DNA of 64,000 nt from Eledone cirrhosa (taxonomy: Eukaryota). The notes beneath the pieces are model-generated. The model was given only the letters and a program-made list of their open reading frames with translations, did no database searches and was not told the DNA's origin. The stretch's first letter is position 1. The number at the start of each line of letters is the position of its first letter. A program made the translations under genes and the position numbers. The stretch is from the NCBI GenBank assembly GCA_964016885.1, contig OZ024742.1:204538001-204602000 (forward strand). The letters are read 5' to 3'. Of the stretch, positions 37,700 through 50,479 are shown in pieces.

Positions 37700-39278
37700 T
37701 GCTAACCAAGCTAGATTAAAGTCTAAACATACTTCTTCTGGGAGACTTCAACCTCCCCAATGTCACATGGCACGAAGGCCAATTCTATTTCACAAATAAC
37801 ACAGTGCTCATCCTCAATATAAAGGTGACACCGACGATTTTCTCGGGCCATAACATAGTAGAACTAACAATACACAGTGAAATTCCGTTATACCGAAATT
37901 CACGAGGTATAAAATAAATTCATTGTAACGAAAAATTCTTTATAACGAGATCTACCTAATATATTCGTTATAACGAAATTTTACTTGTATTGTCCGAATA
38001 GACTGTAAATACGCAACCTGCAAGAAGCATCAAAATTCTATCCAGCCTAAACGTTCACAAAGCTAACAGGAAAAGGATTCAGAAAGGGATCATGAAAGAA
38101 AACTGGCCCAATAGTCTTTATACAAGACAGTGAAGTGAAGGCGCATGTCTTAGTGGTTAGAATATTGGGCTTGCAATGGAAAGGTTGTGAGTTCAATTCT
38201 CGGATCGGGTGATGTGTTGTTTCCTTGAGCAAGACACTTTATTTCACGTTGCTCCAGTTTACTCAGCTATAGAAATGAGATGATAGGACAGGGGTCCCTA
38301 TCATTAAATTACCCAAGACACCTCCAACGAGATATGCCTTGGAGGAGGCCAGCTAAACCTGCATAGATGTGAGCTGTCACACACACATACAAGACATCGA
38401 CATGAAACTTAAACACTTCATGACGACCATGCTAACCATATGCATTAAACTTTCTCCAGGGTGAAAGGCCAACAAACACAAAAATATAATTTCCAGAAAA
38501 TGAGATGAAGAACCAAAATGTCAAATCGATAGAATGTAAAATTAAAAGACAGTAAAAAATCCCATATAAAGCAGGCACTGTTTGAAATTGAAATTGAACT
38601 CAAATGCTCCCATGTAAAGGAGTGGGCAGAAAGAGAATGCAGGGCTATAGACAATATAAAAACAAACCCTTGAACCTTTAGATTTGCAAGAGTCTGCTTC
38701 AGTACACTACAAGATAAGGTCACTGTTCCATAGAAACGGCTCATTGACTACAGACCTCCAAGGAATAAGTAAAGTGCTGAATGAGCATTAGAAAAATGTT
38801 TTCACACACCCTATGGGACATATGCAAATAAATAAACCAGAGGATTTCTTTGACATCGCAGCTTTACACACAGAAATGGCAACTAACAATTACATCAGTT
38901 TAAAGGAAGATGTTATATCAGTCATCGATGAAATGAGATAAAATTCAACGCTGGCGGGTTTTAGAAATCCTCTTCTAAACATGCAAGTGAACTTTAACCA
39001 AACTACTTCTGATCTTCCAAAGTTCCCTCATAGGTGGTAAAATACCAGGAAAGTTAAAGGAAGGCATAATACGTCCTATCCATAAAAGAGGAAACATGCT
39101 AAAAATAACAGACCTGTCTATCTAACCTCATATCAGCAAAGTCATGGAACGAGTTGTCAGAGTAAAACTGATCACATTCCTAGAGGGAAATAGCTTGTTA
39201 ACTAACACCCAGCATTACTTTTGTCCGGGATGCTGCCTTACATAATGCTTTTACAGCATTATGACTAGGTACTGAAAC
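37700..39278 (+). pseudogene. decayed APE-RT LINE (CR1/L2/Jockey-like), interrupted by a MITE and a SINE
   Basis: LLLGDFNLPNVTW (APE motif) at ~37732. PIHKRG..NNRPVYLT..ISKVMER and QH.F RT-leader motifs at 39075-39220. Confidence 0.7.
37875..37989. mobile_element. small Tc1/mariner-type MITE
   Basis: Imperfect ~23-bp TIRs: CAGTGAAATTCCGTTATACCGAA and TTCGTTATAACGAAATTTTACTTG-TA. Confidence 0.65.
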
Positions 39279-39507
39279 ATCTACTTTCGCCGTATTTGAC
39301 TAAATAGAATTAATCTGTTAGTTTGGATTTTAAAAAAACCCTCTGAATGGAAAAAAAAAGGATGAGTAACACATTGGTCCGGCAAACCAAAGATGTGGGT
39401 TCATGTCCCATGTACGTCAATACTCATCCTTTTTTCCATTCAGAGGGGTGTTTTAAAATCCCAACTAACAGACTAATTATATTTAGTCAAATACGGCGTA
39501 AGCACAT
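39278..39507. mobile_element. foldback/MITE with ~85-bp imperfect inverted arms
   Basis: CGCCGTATTTGACTAAATA...GGATGAGTA pairs with TACTCATCC...TATTTAGTCAAATACGGCG. Confidence 0.8.
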
Positions 39508-41612
39508 GTTACTACCTAATTTTCAAATTCTTTAGCTGTTTCTAAATATACCTATACATACATATATGTCTACCAAATTTCACTCGCAAAGCATAACTGA
39601 ACCCGAGGTTATTGATGACACCTGCCCAAGGTTCCACGCAGTGGGACTGAACTAGAAACCAAATGGTTACGAACTGAACTCCTCAACCACCCAGCCGTGT
39701 TTGCGTCTTTGTTCCGGACGAAAAGACAGCCTTGAAACATGAAAATCCTCTTATGTCAACGGCAATGGAAATGATTGAAACGTAGGTATTTCACTCAGTT
39801 ATAATTGACCCATTCAGATTGTCTCTAGTCTGATTCTATCATCTACATTGCTTGAAACTTGTTAATCTCGCTCGACATCATTCCTCTTGCATTCAACTTT
39901 CTACATACTTGAGTTGCTTTATGCATGGCTGATATAGAATAAGACAGAAGTTCACATAATAAATACACAATGAAGTACAATATAATGAACATTGATACTA
40001 ACAGCATAAAAACAAGATGGATTCAAATACTGAAAAGATTTCTTTGTTCAATACAAAGATTTTGGTTTTGTTGTTGATGTTTTTTTTTAGTTTAGTTTTT
40101 ATCTTTCTTCCTTTTTTCCTTTCTTGTTCTCTACTAACAAAGTAACTTTTGTGCAGCGGAATATGGCGGAGTGCAAATATCTGAAAGGTCTTCCACTTCA
40201 GTATTTTATTTCTATTTAATCAAGTCACTGGAGGAACTTCAACGTGGTCGAGTAAGCTGTTAGACATAACAGCCAAATCTCTATAAGTACTATGATAAAT
40301 TGTATAACGTAATCGGAGATAAGTTGTCTGAATAAAAGACGGGATGGTCACGACTGACACGCTTTTGATCATAGTTCTGCTCAATGGAGACTGACCTGAG
40401 ACTAAACAACAACAACAACAATCAGTCGTATTTAATTTTCTTTAACTTATCACACTGCACACGGGAACGGCATAAAACTCAATTTCTACCTACCATAAAC
40501 CTTTTAAATCTAGCGCGTCTAAATGTTCATTGGTCAATTAATATTTCTGATTAGGCTGAGAGAAGCAGCTGATTCAGTTTATCACACGTTCGTCATATAA
40601 ATATATTCATTCATCATAACAAAGAATCTATTTTAATAAAAACACATAAAAATTGCGTAGAATTTTACTGTGAAAATAAACATCAAAATTTGCATGGAGA
40701 TAAGATTCAGCAGGAAACTTAATTTCCTTTGGCGAGATAAGATGTGTTAAAGCTCATATGGAATGATAATAAGATTTTCTTCAATTCATGGAGCCATAGT
40801 GGCATAATCTAATTTGAAATGACGTGCAGGAAGCCTAAAGGGGAAACTGTTTCTACATCTTTAACGTCAGCAGGAAAATATCTATATAATCACTTGAAGC
40901 AGACGATAGTGTCTTGGCGGAAATAAAGATATCTGAAAAGGTTTTACTTAATTTTACTGTTAGTGATAACATTACTACTTTGAATATATTTACTGAACAT
41001 TGAATTGGCTGACTTGTTTTTACTGTTCTGTCTGTCCCGTGTCTATAAATTAAATATTTTCTATACTGTATATCACACACAACTTAATAGAAATAAAATA
41101 AAATAAAAATGGCGTTGTTTTTTTATGTTTGTCTTTTAGATAGATTTTTATTTCTTTTACAGAATATTCAGAAATACCTCAGACGTTTTCTGCAGCCAGA
41201 ATTGCTATACAGATGTCGAATAAAACCAGCATAAATTACACAAGGTATTAACATCTCCAAAAGAAAAAAACTCGAAAACGCAAAACTAAAGAGAAAAGAG
41301 AGGGAACTAAAAAATCGAAATATATTTGTGTTCCAATATAAGAAAATATATATTTAAAAGCGTAATTTAGTATATGTTTAAATAATGTAGATAATTAATT
41401 ATTCTCATAAATCTATTGGGGAATTTTGTGGCGCCGTTTAATGGCCACGTATTCCGATACTACACCGCATTTCTAAATAGTGTGCGGGATAATGTAAACC
41501 CTGTGTTGTTAGGGAAGGAAATATTTGTAGTACATTGTATCTGATGTTTACATAAGATAAGTAGCTTCTACGTTATAGATAAACGTATACATTGATACAC
41601 GCTTGCACACAC

Positions 41613-41692
<80 letters not shown>

Positions 41693-42774
41693 ACACACAC
41701 ACACACACACATATATGCATTCATGCATGCATTACATGATGGCCACAATTTGCTTTCGAGTAATGCCATCACTTGATACTTAAGTATGAGCATCACGGAC
41801 GTGGCTTTCTAGTCCTGCTGGGGACTTGTCTATGACTAGCACTGACATGCATCTCAAAAAGTGTCACATATCAAACAATGTCTGTGTTTGAAGCTTTTTT
41901 AAGTGAGGAAAGGCTTTACTTGGGGCCAATCCCACTCTCTGAACATCGAATGCATTTACCTAAAAAGTAGAACTGGTCTATATCATTGAATGCAAACGAA
42001 GTCGCAGGTTTTATATCTGAGTGACCTTCTAGAGAGATGTCTTAATGAAGACTAGGAGTCTCTTGCTCCACAAAAAAATTCTTTATTGGATGGCTGTTGA
42101 CTCTCCTGAGTTCCTCCGCCTTTGATGGGTTTTGATTTTCATCCCGCAGGGTGTCCAAAATATCCCTCCTCACCAAGCATGGATACATGCATACATACAT
42201 ACAAATATACATATATTTGTTATAACACTAGAGGAGAGACATGAAATAAAGGCTGACACAAACCTCTCTCCTAGAAGACTCTACTTAATACGCGAACAAA
42301 ATTTTTAAAATAGACTAGTTCACTGATAAGGTTTGACTTGAGTACATAGAGGGAATAAACCATATTAAAATCCCGACATGGAGTTCCGACAAGTTTATAA
42401 CATCCCATCCTGAAGGATAACTCTATTCAATCCAGGAACAAGAAATCCTCGCCAAATACCTACTAATGGATGGGATCAATGAAATGAATACCTTTACAAG
42501 GGACTCAAACCTATAGTTTTCCCGTAACTCGGAGTCATCCAGCCACATTTCTATGAAGGGAATAAAAAAACTGGATGTTTAAATAATTCCTCAGGACTTA
42601 TTTGTACATTGTTATGTGTTAATAACACTCTTTGACTTTTTGACTGGTGTCATTCATTGGATTGTGAACACGGTGGGACACCACCTTGATCTGGAAGCAT
42701 CATATCAACTGCAGTACCTATTTTTGATGTCTGATTCATATTTTATCGATCTCTTTTTGTTAAAACACACGCAC

Positions 42775-42851
<77 letters not shown>

Positions 42852-42880
42852 AAAGAATAGAGGTGTAACACACAAGTTAT

Positions 42881-43113
42881 TATATATTGGTAAACGGAAT
42901 AGAAAATGCTGACAAATTGTTCACACTGAGATCAGAGCAAACATCACGGACGCTCTATCTCAAAATTATTTTTGAAAAGCATTTAGAAATGCGCAACCGG
43001 TAAAACTTAAAACCAAAACTGAATACTAACCAATACAATTACTAATTCTCATTTATTCCTAATTAAACTATTTCTCACTGTGAACAATTTGTCAGCATTT
43101 TCTATTCCGTTTA

Positions 43114-43123
<10 letters not shown>
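42881..43123. repeat. ~50-bp-arm inverted repeat lying between two (TA)n tracts
   Basis: ATTGGTAAACGGAATAGAAAATGCTGACAAATTGTTCACA and its exact reverse complement at ~43079-43118. Confidence 0.85.
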
Positions 43124-43154
<31 letters not shown>

Positions 43155-43605
43155 GACGGGCTTCTACTCAATTTCCGTCTACCAAATTTTATTCAACAGT
43201 AGAAGACATTTGTCTAGGGTGCTAGACAGTGGAACTGAACCTAAAAACATGTGGTTGCGAAGCAAATACCTTAACCACACAGCCATAGCTACACCTATAT
43301 TATACAAAGCTAACACATTAACCACACAGCCATACCTGCACCAATACTCACAGTAGACTCCTTAACCACAGAATCATAGCAGCACCCATACTATACAAAG
43401 CTAACACCTTAACCACACAGCCATACCAACACCTATAATAGACAAAACTAACACCTTAACCACACAGCCATACCTGCAACTATAGTGAACCCCTTAACAC
43501 AGCCATACCAGCACCTATACTATACAAAGCTGACAGCTTAACCACACAACCATCCCAACGCCTATAGTGAACTCCTTGACCACACAGCCATGCCTGCACC
43601 TCCAT
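43155..43605 (-). mobile_element. family C SINE whose 5' end is amplified into ~8 tandem 38-47-bp units
   Basis: CTTAACCACACAGCCATA recurs through 43270-43600 and is contiguous with the SINE head. Confidence 0.8.
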
Positions 43606-44126
43606 GTTAAAAATAATTATGTCTATTGTCACACAGAACTAATTGACATGAAATCTATAATTTTATTCTTCTACCATCCAATCACCATCGTGGTTGGCAT
43701 TGATCTTGTTTTACTGTTGGGTCACGGACGGAAATGTAATTCCCAATTAACTCTTCCGGATTCCCAAGACTGGAGGAAATAAAGGAGGGGAGGGATGTTA
43801 CCTTAATCTGCAGAGCTTGTCAATGTTCCTGCGTCTTGAGGTATACGTGGCAACAAACTTCCGCTGGCAAAAAACGATCTGCAGCAGTTCTCCCCACATG
43901 TGTGTAATATATTCTAATGTGTCCGAGGTCCTGCAGGAATGTTCAGCGCCAGGTATTCTTGAGTTGGCCCATCCCTTCCCCGGTATCTATAGATATTGCA
44001 GTCCTTGCATGCCAAGTGGTTGAGAGTCGTAAAATGTGACCCACCATTGGTAGAGCCAATATAGGAATTAGAATATTGTTGCTAATAGTTTCAAGACTTT
44101 CCACAATGACACCCTGTATTCGTTCA

Positions 44127-44160
<34 letters not shown>

Positions 44161-44199
44161 ACTGAGACAGCAAGCAGCAACAGGAAACAAGTACCACCA

Positions 44200-45126
44200 A
44201 TCTCTGGGAGGGCTCTGTAGAAACAGTAGACAGCTTCTGCTACCTAGGTGACCGAATTAGCAGCGGAGGTGGGTGTTCAGAAAGTACAATAACTAGGGTA
44301 AGAACAGGATGGAAGAAGTTCAGGGAACTACTACCACTTCTAGCTGCAAAAGGCTTCTCCCTCAAAATGAAAGGCAGACTGTATGATGCGTGTATCCGAA
44401 CAGCAATGTTACATGGTAGTGAGACCTGGGCGTTGAAGGTGGAAGACTTACGTAGATTAGAGAGAAACGAAGCCTTCATACTCCGATGGATGTGTAACAG
44501 TAATATACACGACCGACAAAGCATAAATGAATTGAGAGAGAGACTGAGTATAAGAGGAATCAAATTCTGTGTGCAGGAGAGGCGGTTGCGTTGGTATGGA
44601 CATGTGATGCGTGTGAAGGATGACAGCTGCATAAAAAGGTGCAGAACACTAGAAGTCGATGGAAACCGCGGAGTGGGGAGACCCAAGATTACCTGGGATG
44701 AGGTGATAAAAGCCGACTTTACCCAATTACACCTCTCAAAGGCGATGACACAAGACCGTGACCTCTGGCGTCACACAGTAATACAGAGTACCCGACCTCC
44801 CATGGGTACAAGCTGAAGCATATAGACAATATGCCCCCACACCCTCCCACTGCAAGGTCGTCGTGGAGGTGCCACGGCAAAAAAACACCCAGCCTACACT
44901 GTAAAGTGGACGTGTAGGCGCCACGAAAAAGCACTCAGCACTCGCTGTAAATGAGGTTGGTGTTAGGAAGGGCATCCAGCTGTAGAAATCAAGCCAAATC
45001 AGTTCCTGTATGAGCAAGGCATGGTCAGCCGACCAGACACTGCCCACAACAGGACAACCCGTCTAACCCATGCTAGCGTGGAAGAACGGACGTAAAACGG
45101 TGATGATGATGATGATGATAATGATG
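44200..45126 (+). mobile_element. 5'-truncated RTE-clade LINE (RT C-terminus and 3' UTR)
   Basis: VDSFCYLGD..SGGG, HGSETW, RRLRWYGHV, GRPKITW; ends in (GAT)n. Confidence 0.9.
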
Positions 45127-45289
45127 TGAGTGTGTGTGTGTGCGCGTGTGTGTGTGTATGTATTGCCTATAATCCAATATCATGTGCAATAATCGATTTC
45201 GTATCCGATACAACATATGAATATTGTATGATTTCAATAAATTTCCTGCTATATGTAATGAAGTGGGAATATGTATTATATTATTGCTG

Positions 45290-45344
<55 letters not shown>

Positions 45345-45866
45345 ACATGAATAATAACGACATTATCTGAGTTTAATATATTCTATGTCTTTCACATGCC
45401 GTAGTTTTCTTCGCAATAAAGGTTAAGAAATTGTGGTTGTTTATTTGCAAAGTGTTCTTCAGAAAAAAATCAGATAAGGTTATCGATTTTGAACTCAAGT
45501 TATTGTCTGCAAGAGTTCTTTCTCTTAGTACTACTCAAACTAATTTACAGATTCCATAATCAACTCGCATCGTTAAACCATGCGTCTATTTCTCTTTCGA
45601 CTTGAACTAGTCTACTAGATTAGTTCCCTCCCGTTCAATCAATTAGAGATAGACATTGCTATACAAACAGTCGATATATGGAGCCCATCTGATTGGAGCG
45701 AAACCAGGCGATAAACGGAATAATTATTCTTAGTTTGATTTAATTGCATGACGATTCTCCTCTTGCTGGATAAACAACGCCATTTGTTTTTCCTAAAGGA
45801 GGAGGCGGGCTTCTATTTTCGTAAATCACTTCACAGATAGTCATTACTATCGTTATTATTGATACT

Positions 45867-46052
45867 AGGGCGGTGGATTGGCAGTATCGGTAGAGGGTCG
45901 GACGCCATGCTTTCCAGCATAGTTACGTCCCTTTACGATCTGAGTTCAAATCCCGCCGAGGTTGACTTTGCCTTTCATCCTTACGGGGTCGATAAAATAA
46001 AGTACCAGTAATGCACTGGGTAATTGCTGGCCTTGTGCCTAAAGTAGAAACA
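45867..46052 (+). mobile_element. full-length family A SINE
   Basis: GGGCGGTGGATTGGCAGTATCGG head, B-box, core and AGAAAC tail, flanked by the direct repeat TTATTATTGATACTA. Confidence 0.9.
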
Positions 46053-46559
46053 ATTATTATTGATACTAATGTTGTTATTGTTATCATTATCATCATCATA
46101 TTACCGTAACAAGACGACTTTCTCGTGCACTTGTGTTCTAGATTATTTGAGGGTGACATTATATGGTGGTTGAGCGGGAGGGGAGCATTATTTCGATTAT
46201 GTTTCAAGCATTTCTGTATCACTTTATGGAATTAATTCTAAAAGAGGTGAGACTTTGATTTTCTTTTCTTTTTTTTATCTTTCGCCATTGGGCAAAATAG
46301 ACCATTTTTTTTTTTTTCTAATATTGACATTCAATTAAAAAAAGGTTGGCCGAACAACAACAACCCCCACCCCGCCAAACACCGCCCCCTCCAAAAAATC
46401 CTTGGTAATTACAAAAAAAAAACATACAAAAGCACAAAAAGAATTGATACGAAAAAATAATAGAATAGTAAATATGAACAGTTTGAAATAAAACAATAAT
46501 GATATTCTTGGTGTTTTAATACGAATCAGAGACATTTTGACAACTAGAATACTAATAAT

Positions 46560-46748
46560 TGTTTCTACTTTTGGCACAAGGCCAGCAATTATCCCAGTGT
46601 ATTACTGGTACTTTATTTTATCCACCCTGTAAGGATGAAAGGCAAAGTTAAGCTCGGCGGGATTAGAAATCAGAACATAAAGGGCCGTAACTCTATGCTG
46701 CAAAGCATGGTGTCTGACGCTCTACCGATACTGCTAATCCACCGCTCT
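46560..46748 (-). mobile_element. full-length family A SINE
   Basis: Reverse complement of the family A consensus. Confidence 0.88.
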
Positions 46749-46839
46749 AATAACAACAAGTATGCACAGTTTTTGCTCATGTCACGTCCGACGAAGGAGA
46801 GATGAACAAATTCCACACACGTGGGACTGTCTACTCATC

Positions 46840-47690
46840 TAATGCAATGATGATTTGAAAGTTGTCCTGTTTGATATGTGAGAAAGTATCATATCGAGTG
46901 AGCGAATCAGAGAGTATGATAGTGTTTGCCTGATTTTCTGGACTGAAGCTTGGGCTGAAGGACAGAGATAGTAAGGTGCACACCCAGTTATAGGATTGCA
47001 CTGCAGTAGATCAGCCAAAAAAACATAAAGGTTACAGTTCAGAGACAATATTTCTCACTGGTTTATTGTCACCTTTGAAGCGCAATAAGAACAGTTGTCA
47101 AACGCAGAGATGAAGAAAAACATGTGGTGAGGTCAGTGGAGGCAAGTCCTTATGACAACGAACGACCGTAGAACGACGTTTCAGAACTCTGCCCAGTTGT
47201 GGATACAACACGAGCTAAGAGACAGATGGTGCAGACAGAAAGTCCAGCTGTAGTACACGCGGAAGTAAATGCCACTTGAGGACTTTTTTGACCTGAGAAG
47301 CTGACAAGAAAAAAAATCGAGAGTTAAGACGGCGAAAAAATACAAAACCACCATTACAAACACCCCTAACAAGAGGTTCGTATGATTGTCAGTTGAAGTT
47401 CCGGAAATAGTGAAGTTATCCACTAGTTCTTGATCCCAGAAGTGGATAAACTGGAAATCAAGCAGTAGCATGCCATTCACTTTCAGGATGAAAAGGAAAT
47501 GGAGGCTGAAGAGGAGGATGGCAGATCGCTGCTGGAAAGAAAAAAGAAAAGAAGAAACAAGAACACTTCCAGGGGAGAGAGATTGGTGAAAGTTCTTGAC
47601 CACTAGAATTCTGGTAAATTCATGGCTGCCTGAAGCGTCAATGGACGTTATTTTAGTCAACAGTGAAAGAAACGAACGTTGTAAACATGA
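46840..47690 (-). pseudogene. possible highly decayed CR1/Jockey-like RT remnant
   Basis: LTKITSIDASGSHEF..VVKN resembles KASGPDG..LK, and the C-terminus resembles ..TFKSSL; weak similarity only. Confidence 0.3.
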
Positions 47691-47694
47691 CTGC

Positions 47695-47868
47695 AGGTAA
47701 ATTGGCGGTATCGAGAGAGGATCGGACGCCATGCTTTCCAGCATAGTTTATGGTCTGAGTTCAAATCCCATCGAGGTTAACTTTTCCTTTCATCCTTACG
47801 GGGTCGATAAAATAAAGTACCAGTAATGTACTGGGTAATTTCTGGCCTTGTGCCAAAAGTAGAAACAA
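47695..47868 (+). mobile_element. family A SINE
   Basis: Head, core and tail match the consensus. Confidence 0.87.
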
Positions 47869-49458
47869 CTATTTATAACAGTTTCATCGTGTACCTGCAG
47901 TGTTGATTTTTAGTTTTATCTTAAACAGTGTGGCAGTCGTTTGATCTGTAAGTCAACTGAGGGATTAACTAAAAATAGGCCCACTACGACTCCCCTCCTC
48001 AAGCCATAATCTTAGACAAGCTGTTTTTGTGGAAGACCAGCAGTTGCCCATGCATAACAGTCTCGCCACTGCATGCCACTGATGTTATCAAAGAGAAAGG
48101 TAAAGACCGATATAGCTTGGTACCAGTGACATCGCAACGCATTTCTCTAGCTGAGTGAACCGGAGCAATGTGAAATAAAGTATATTGCTCAAGGACACAA
48201 CGCTTCCCTCGGACCGGGAATCGAACTTACAACATCATGATTGTAAATCCAATGCTCTAACCACTAAGCCACGCGCCTTCCCTATATATACACTATATAT
48301 GATGTCCAAGAGAAAGGGAAAAGCCGATTCAGGTTAGCACCAGTCTCGAGTCGAAAAATTACTAAACATGGCTGTATGGAATAGATTTCTAGGTTATTAT
48401 AATTGTAGAGTAATCTACCTACTTTCTAAAGTACATTAAAGGTTTATATGAAGTAAATAAAAGGCTGCTACAAGAAGAGGAAACCGGATCATCAACTCGA
48501 CTACACAGAAACCTACTCTCTTCTCTGTTCTACATAATTGCTTACTATAAGACTGAAACAAAAACTCCAAAGGTGGTGGCTGGCTGATTAACCGGTTCTG
48601 CATTAGATGAAATAGTTCTCTTTTCTATTAGAACAATTCAAATATTCATAAGTATCCATTGTTCTTTTTAACGTTAGACATGTTTAGATTGCGGCTTCGT
48701 GCAAGATCGATATGAGAAAGGCAAGGTAAAGGTTTATAGACTATAACCACCATAGCGCCATGTGAGAGAGGCTGAGGTAATGGTGTACAGACAATAACCA
48801 ATGTGAGGGAGGTTTACAGACAATAACCATCATACTGCAATGCACCATGAGAAATGGCGATGGTTTTGAATGTTTCATTGTTTTTTGTTTCAAATGGGTT
48901 GCTATGGTTCGATTGGTGTCGTATTGATTGCCTCATACAATATATGATGATGCCATAGAGGAAAGTAGTGATGCTTCGATGAATCGATTCTTTTTTTTTA
49001 AACACATTCAGGCGCTTGTAATATGTTCTCTATTCCATGTTACCATATACGACACTCAGACACTCGTTTCAGACACTCGTTTTTTTAACTGTCACCATTT
49101 TCAACTTTTTCCCCGTAGCTAGGCGTGTCAGCCACTGTCTCCAAGGCCATATAACTCTTGATGCATATCTCTCTCTCTCTGCGCCTGAAACTCCGGACGG
49201 AGTGGTATGGCCGCCGTCATGACATGCAGCGTGACTCGGGCATTTTAAACTTGGTTGAGCTCATCCCCTCTACAGGCTTTGAACTTTATATATACAGTTC
49301 TAGATTACCACTAGTTGCGGCTTTACCTGATGAATCTTCAAAATCATAAACAAACCCACACATTATATATATATATATATATATATAGCTCTGACGTAAG
49401 GAAGAAACATTGTAAGCCAATAAAAATCTTTTGATGTTGTAGACGCTCTTGTGTTCTT

Positions 49459-49513
<55 letters not shown>

Positions 49514-49739
49514 TGTGTGTTCTAAAATTATAGTGAATTACAACAAAACTCCCATTGTTTCACACCTACATCACAGCAGCAGTGAGGAACACATACATTA
49601 CAACCTTGTTGTAATGGAATATAATTTTAGAATATATATAAACACACGTGTGTTAAAAGTAAACGGATAAACAACCTTCATTGTACTGTATTATTTTGCT
49701 GAGTGGTTTATCCATTTACTTTTTGCTTACATAACACAG

Positions 49740-49960
49740 ATACATGCATACATACAAACATAAAGACACGCACATACATACATACAAACATAAATACACG
49801 CACATACATGCATACATACAAACATAAACACACACACATACATGCAAACACACACGCAAACATGCATACATACATTCACAAACATACATACATACATACA
49901 TACATACATACATACATACATACATACATACATACATACATACATACATACATACATACA
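49740..49960. repeat. (CATA)n/(CA)n microsatellite
   Basis: Direct reading. Confidence 0.95.
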
Positions 49961-50479
49961 TGATGGCTGCCAACTCGTTTTCGAGTACGGCCACTACTTT
50001 ATATCCATGTAGGAGAACCCCTGCCGATGCGCTGAACGAGTGTGACTTTTTAGTCCAGCCAGCGACTTGAAAACTCTGGTACAAACACTACACTTGTGAC
50101 AATTATTGACACATAGTGCTGGGCCCATGGTACCATGTGACGACAAGTGCAGAGAGATCTCCAGATATAAAGCAATGCCTGTGCCGTGAAGCTTTTATAG
50201 TGAGCAAAGGCACTGCACAAAGCCAGTCGCACTCTCTTAACCAAGATGATATTTACCAAAAAGAAGAACAAGCCAACATCATTGGATACCATCAGGGTTG
50301 CAGGTGTTATATCAGAGTATTCCTTCTCCTAGAATTCTGCCTTGACAAAGGCTAAGGGGTCATACATACATACATACATACGACTGTAAAGCATTATCTT
50401 TGGTGGTACTAAAGATGTAAACAAAAACAAAACATCACAGATATTACTAACGTGTAATAGAAAAAACACCGTTGATGTA

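Noticed and set aside
41163-41244. Candidate 82-nt plus-strand exon (TTTTACAG ... AAG/GTATTA)
   Set aside because: The splice signals are plausible, but there is no protein similarity or partner exon. It cannot be supported without transcripts.
42530-42600. Minus-strand CTGAGGA...GAAA
   Set aside because: Stem II and stem III do not pair, and there is no correctly placed UH site.
43690-44130. GC-balanced stretch with short ORFs on both strands
   Set aside because: No recognisable motif; probably an unidentified TE fragment.
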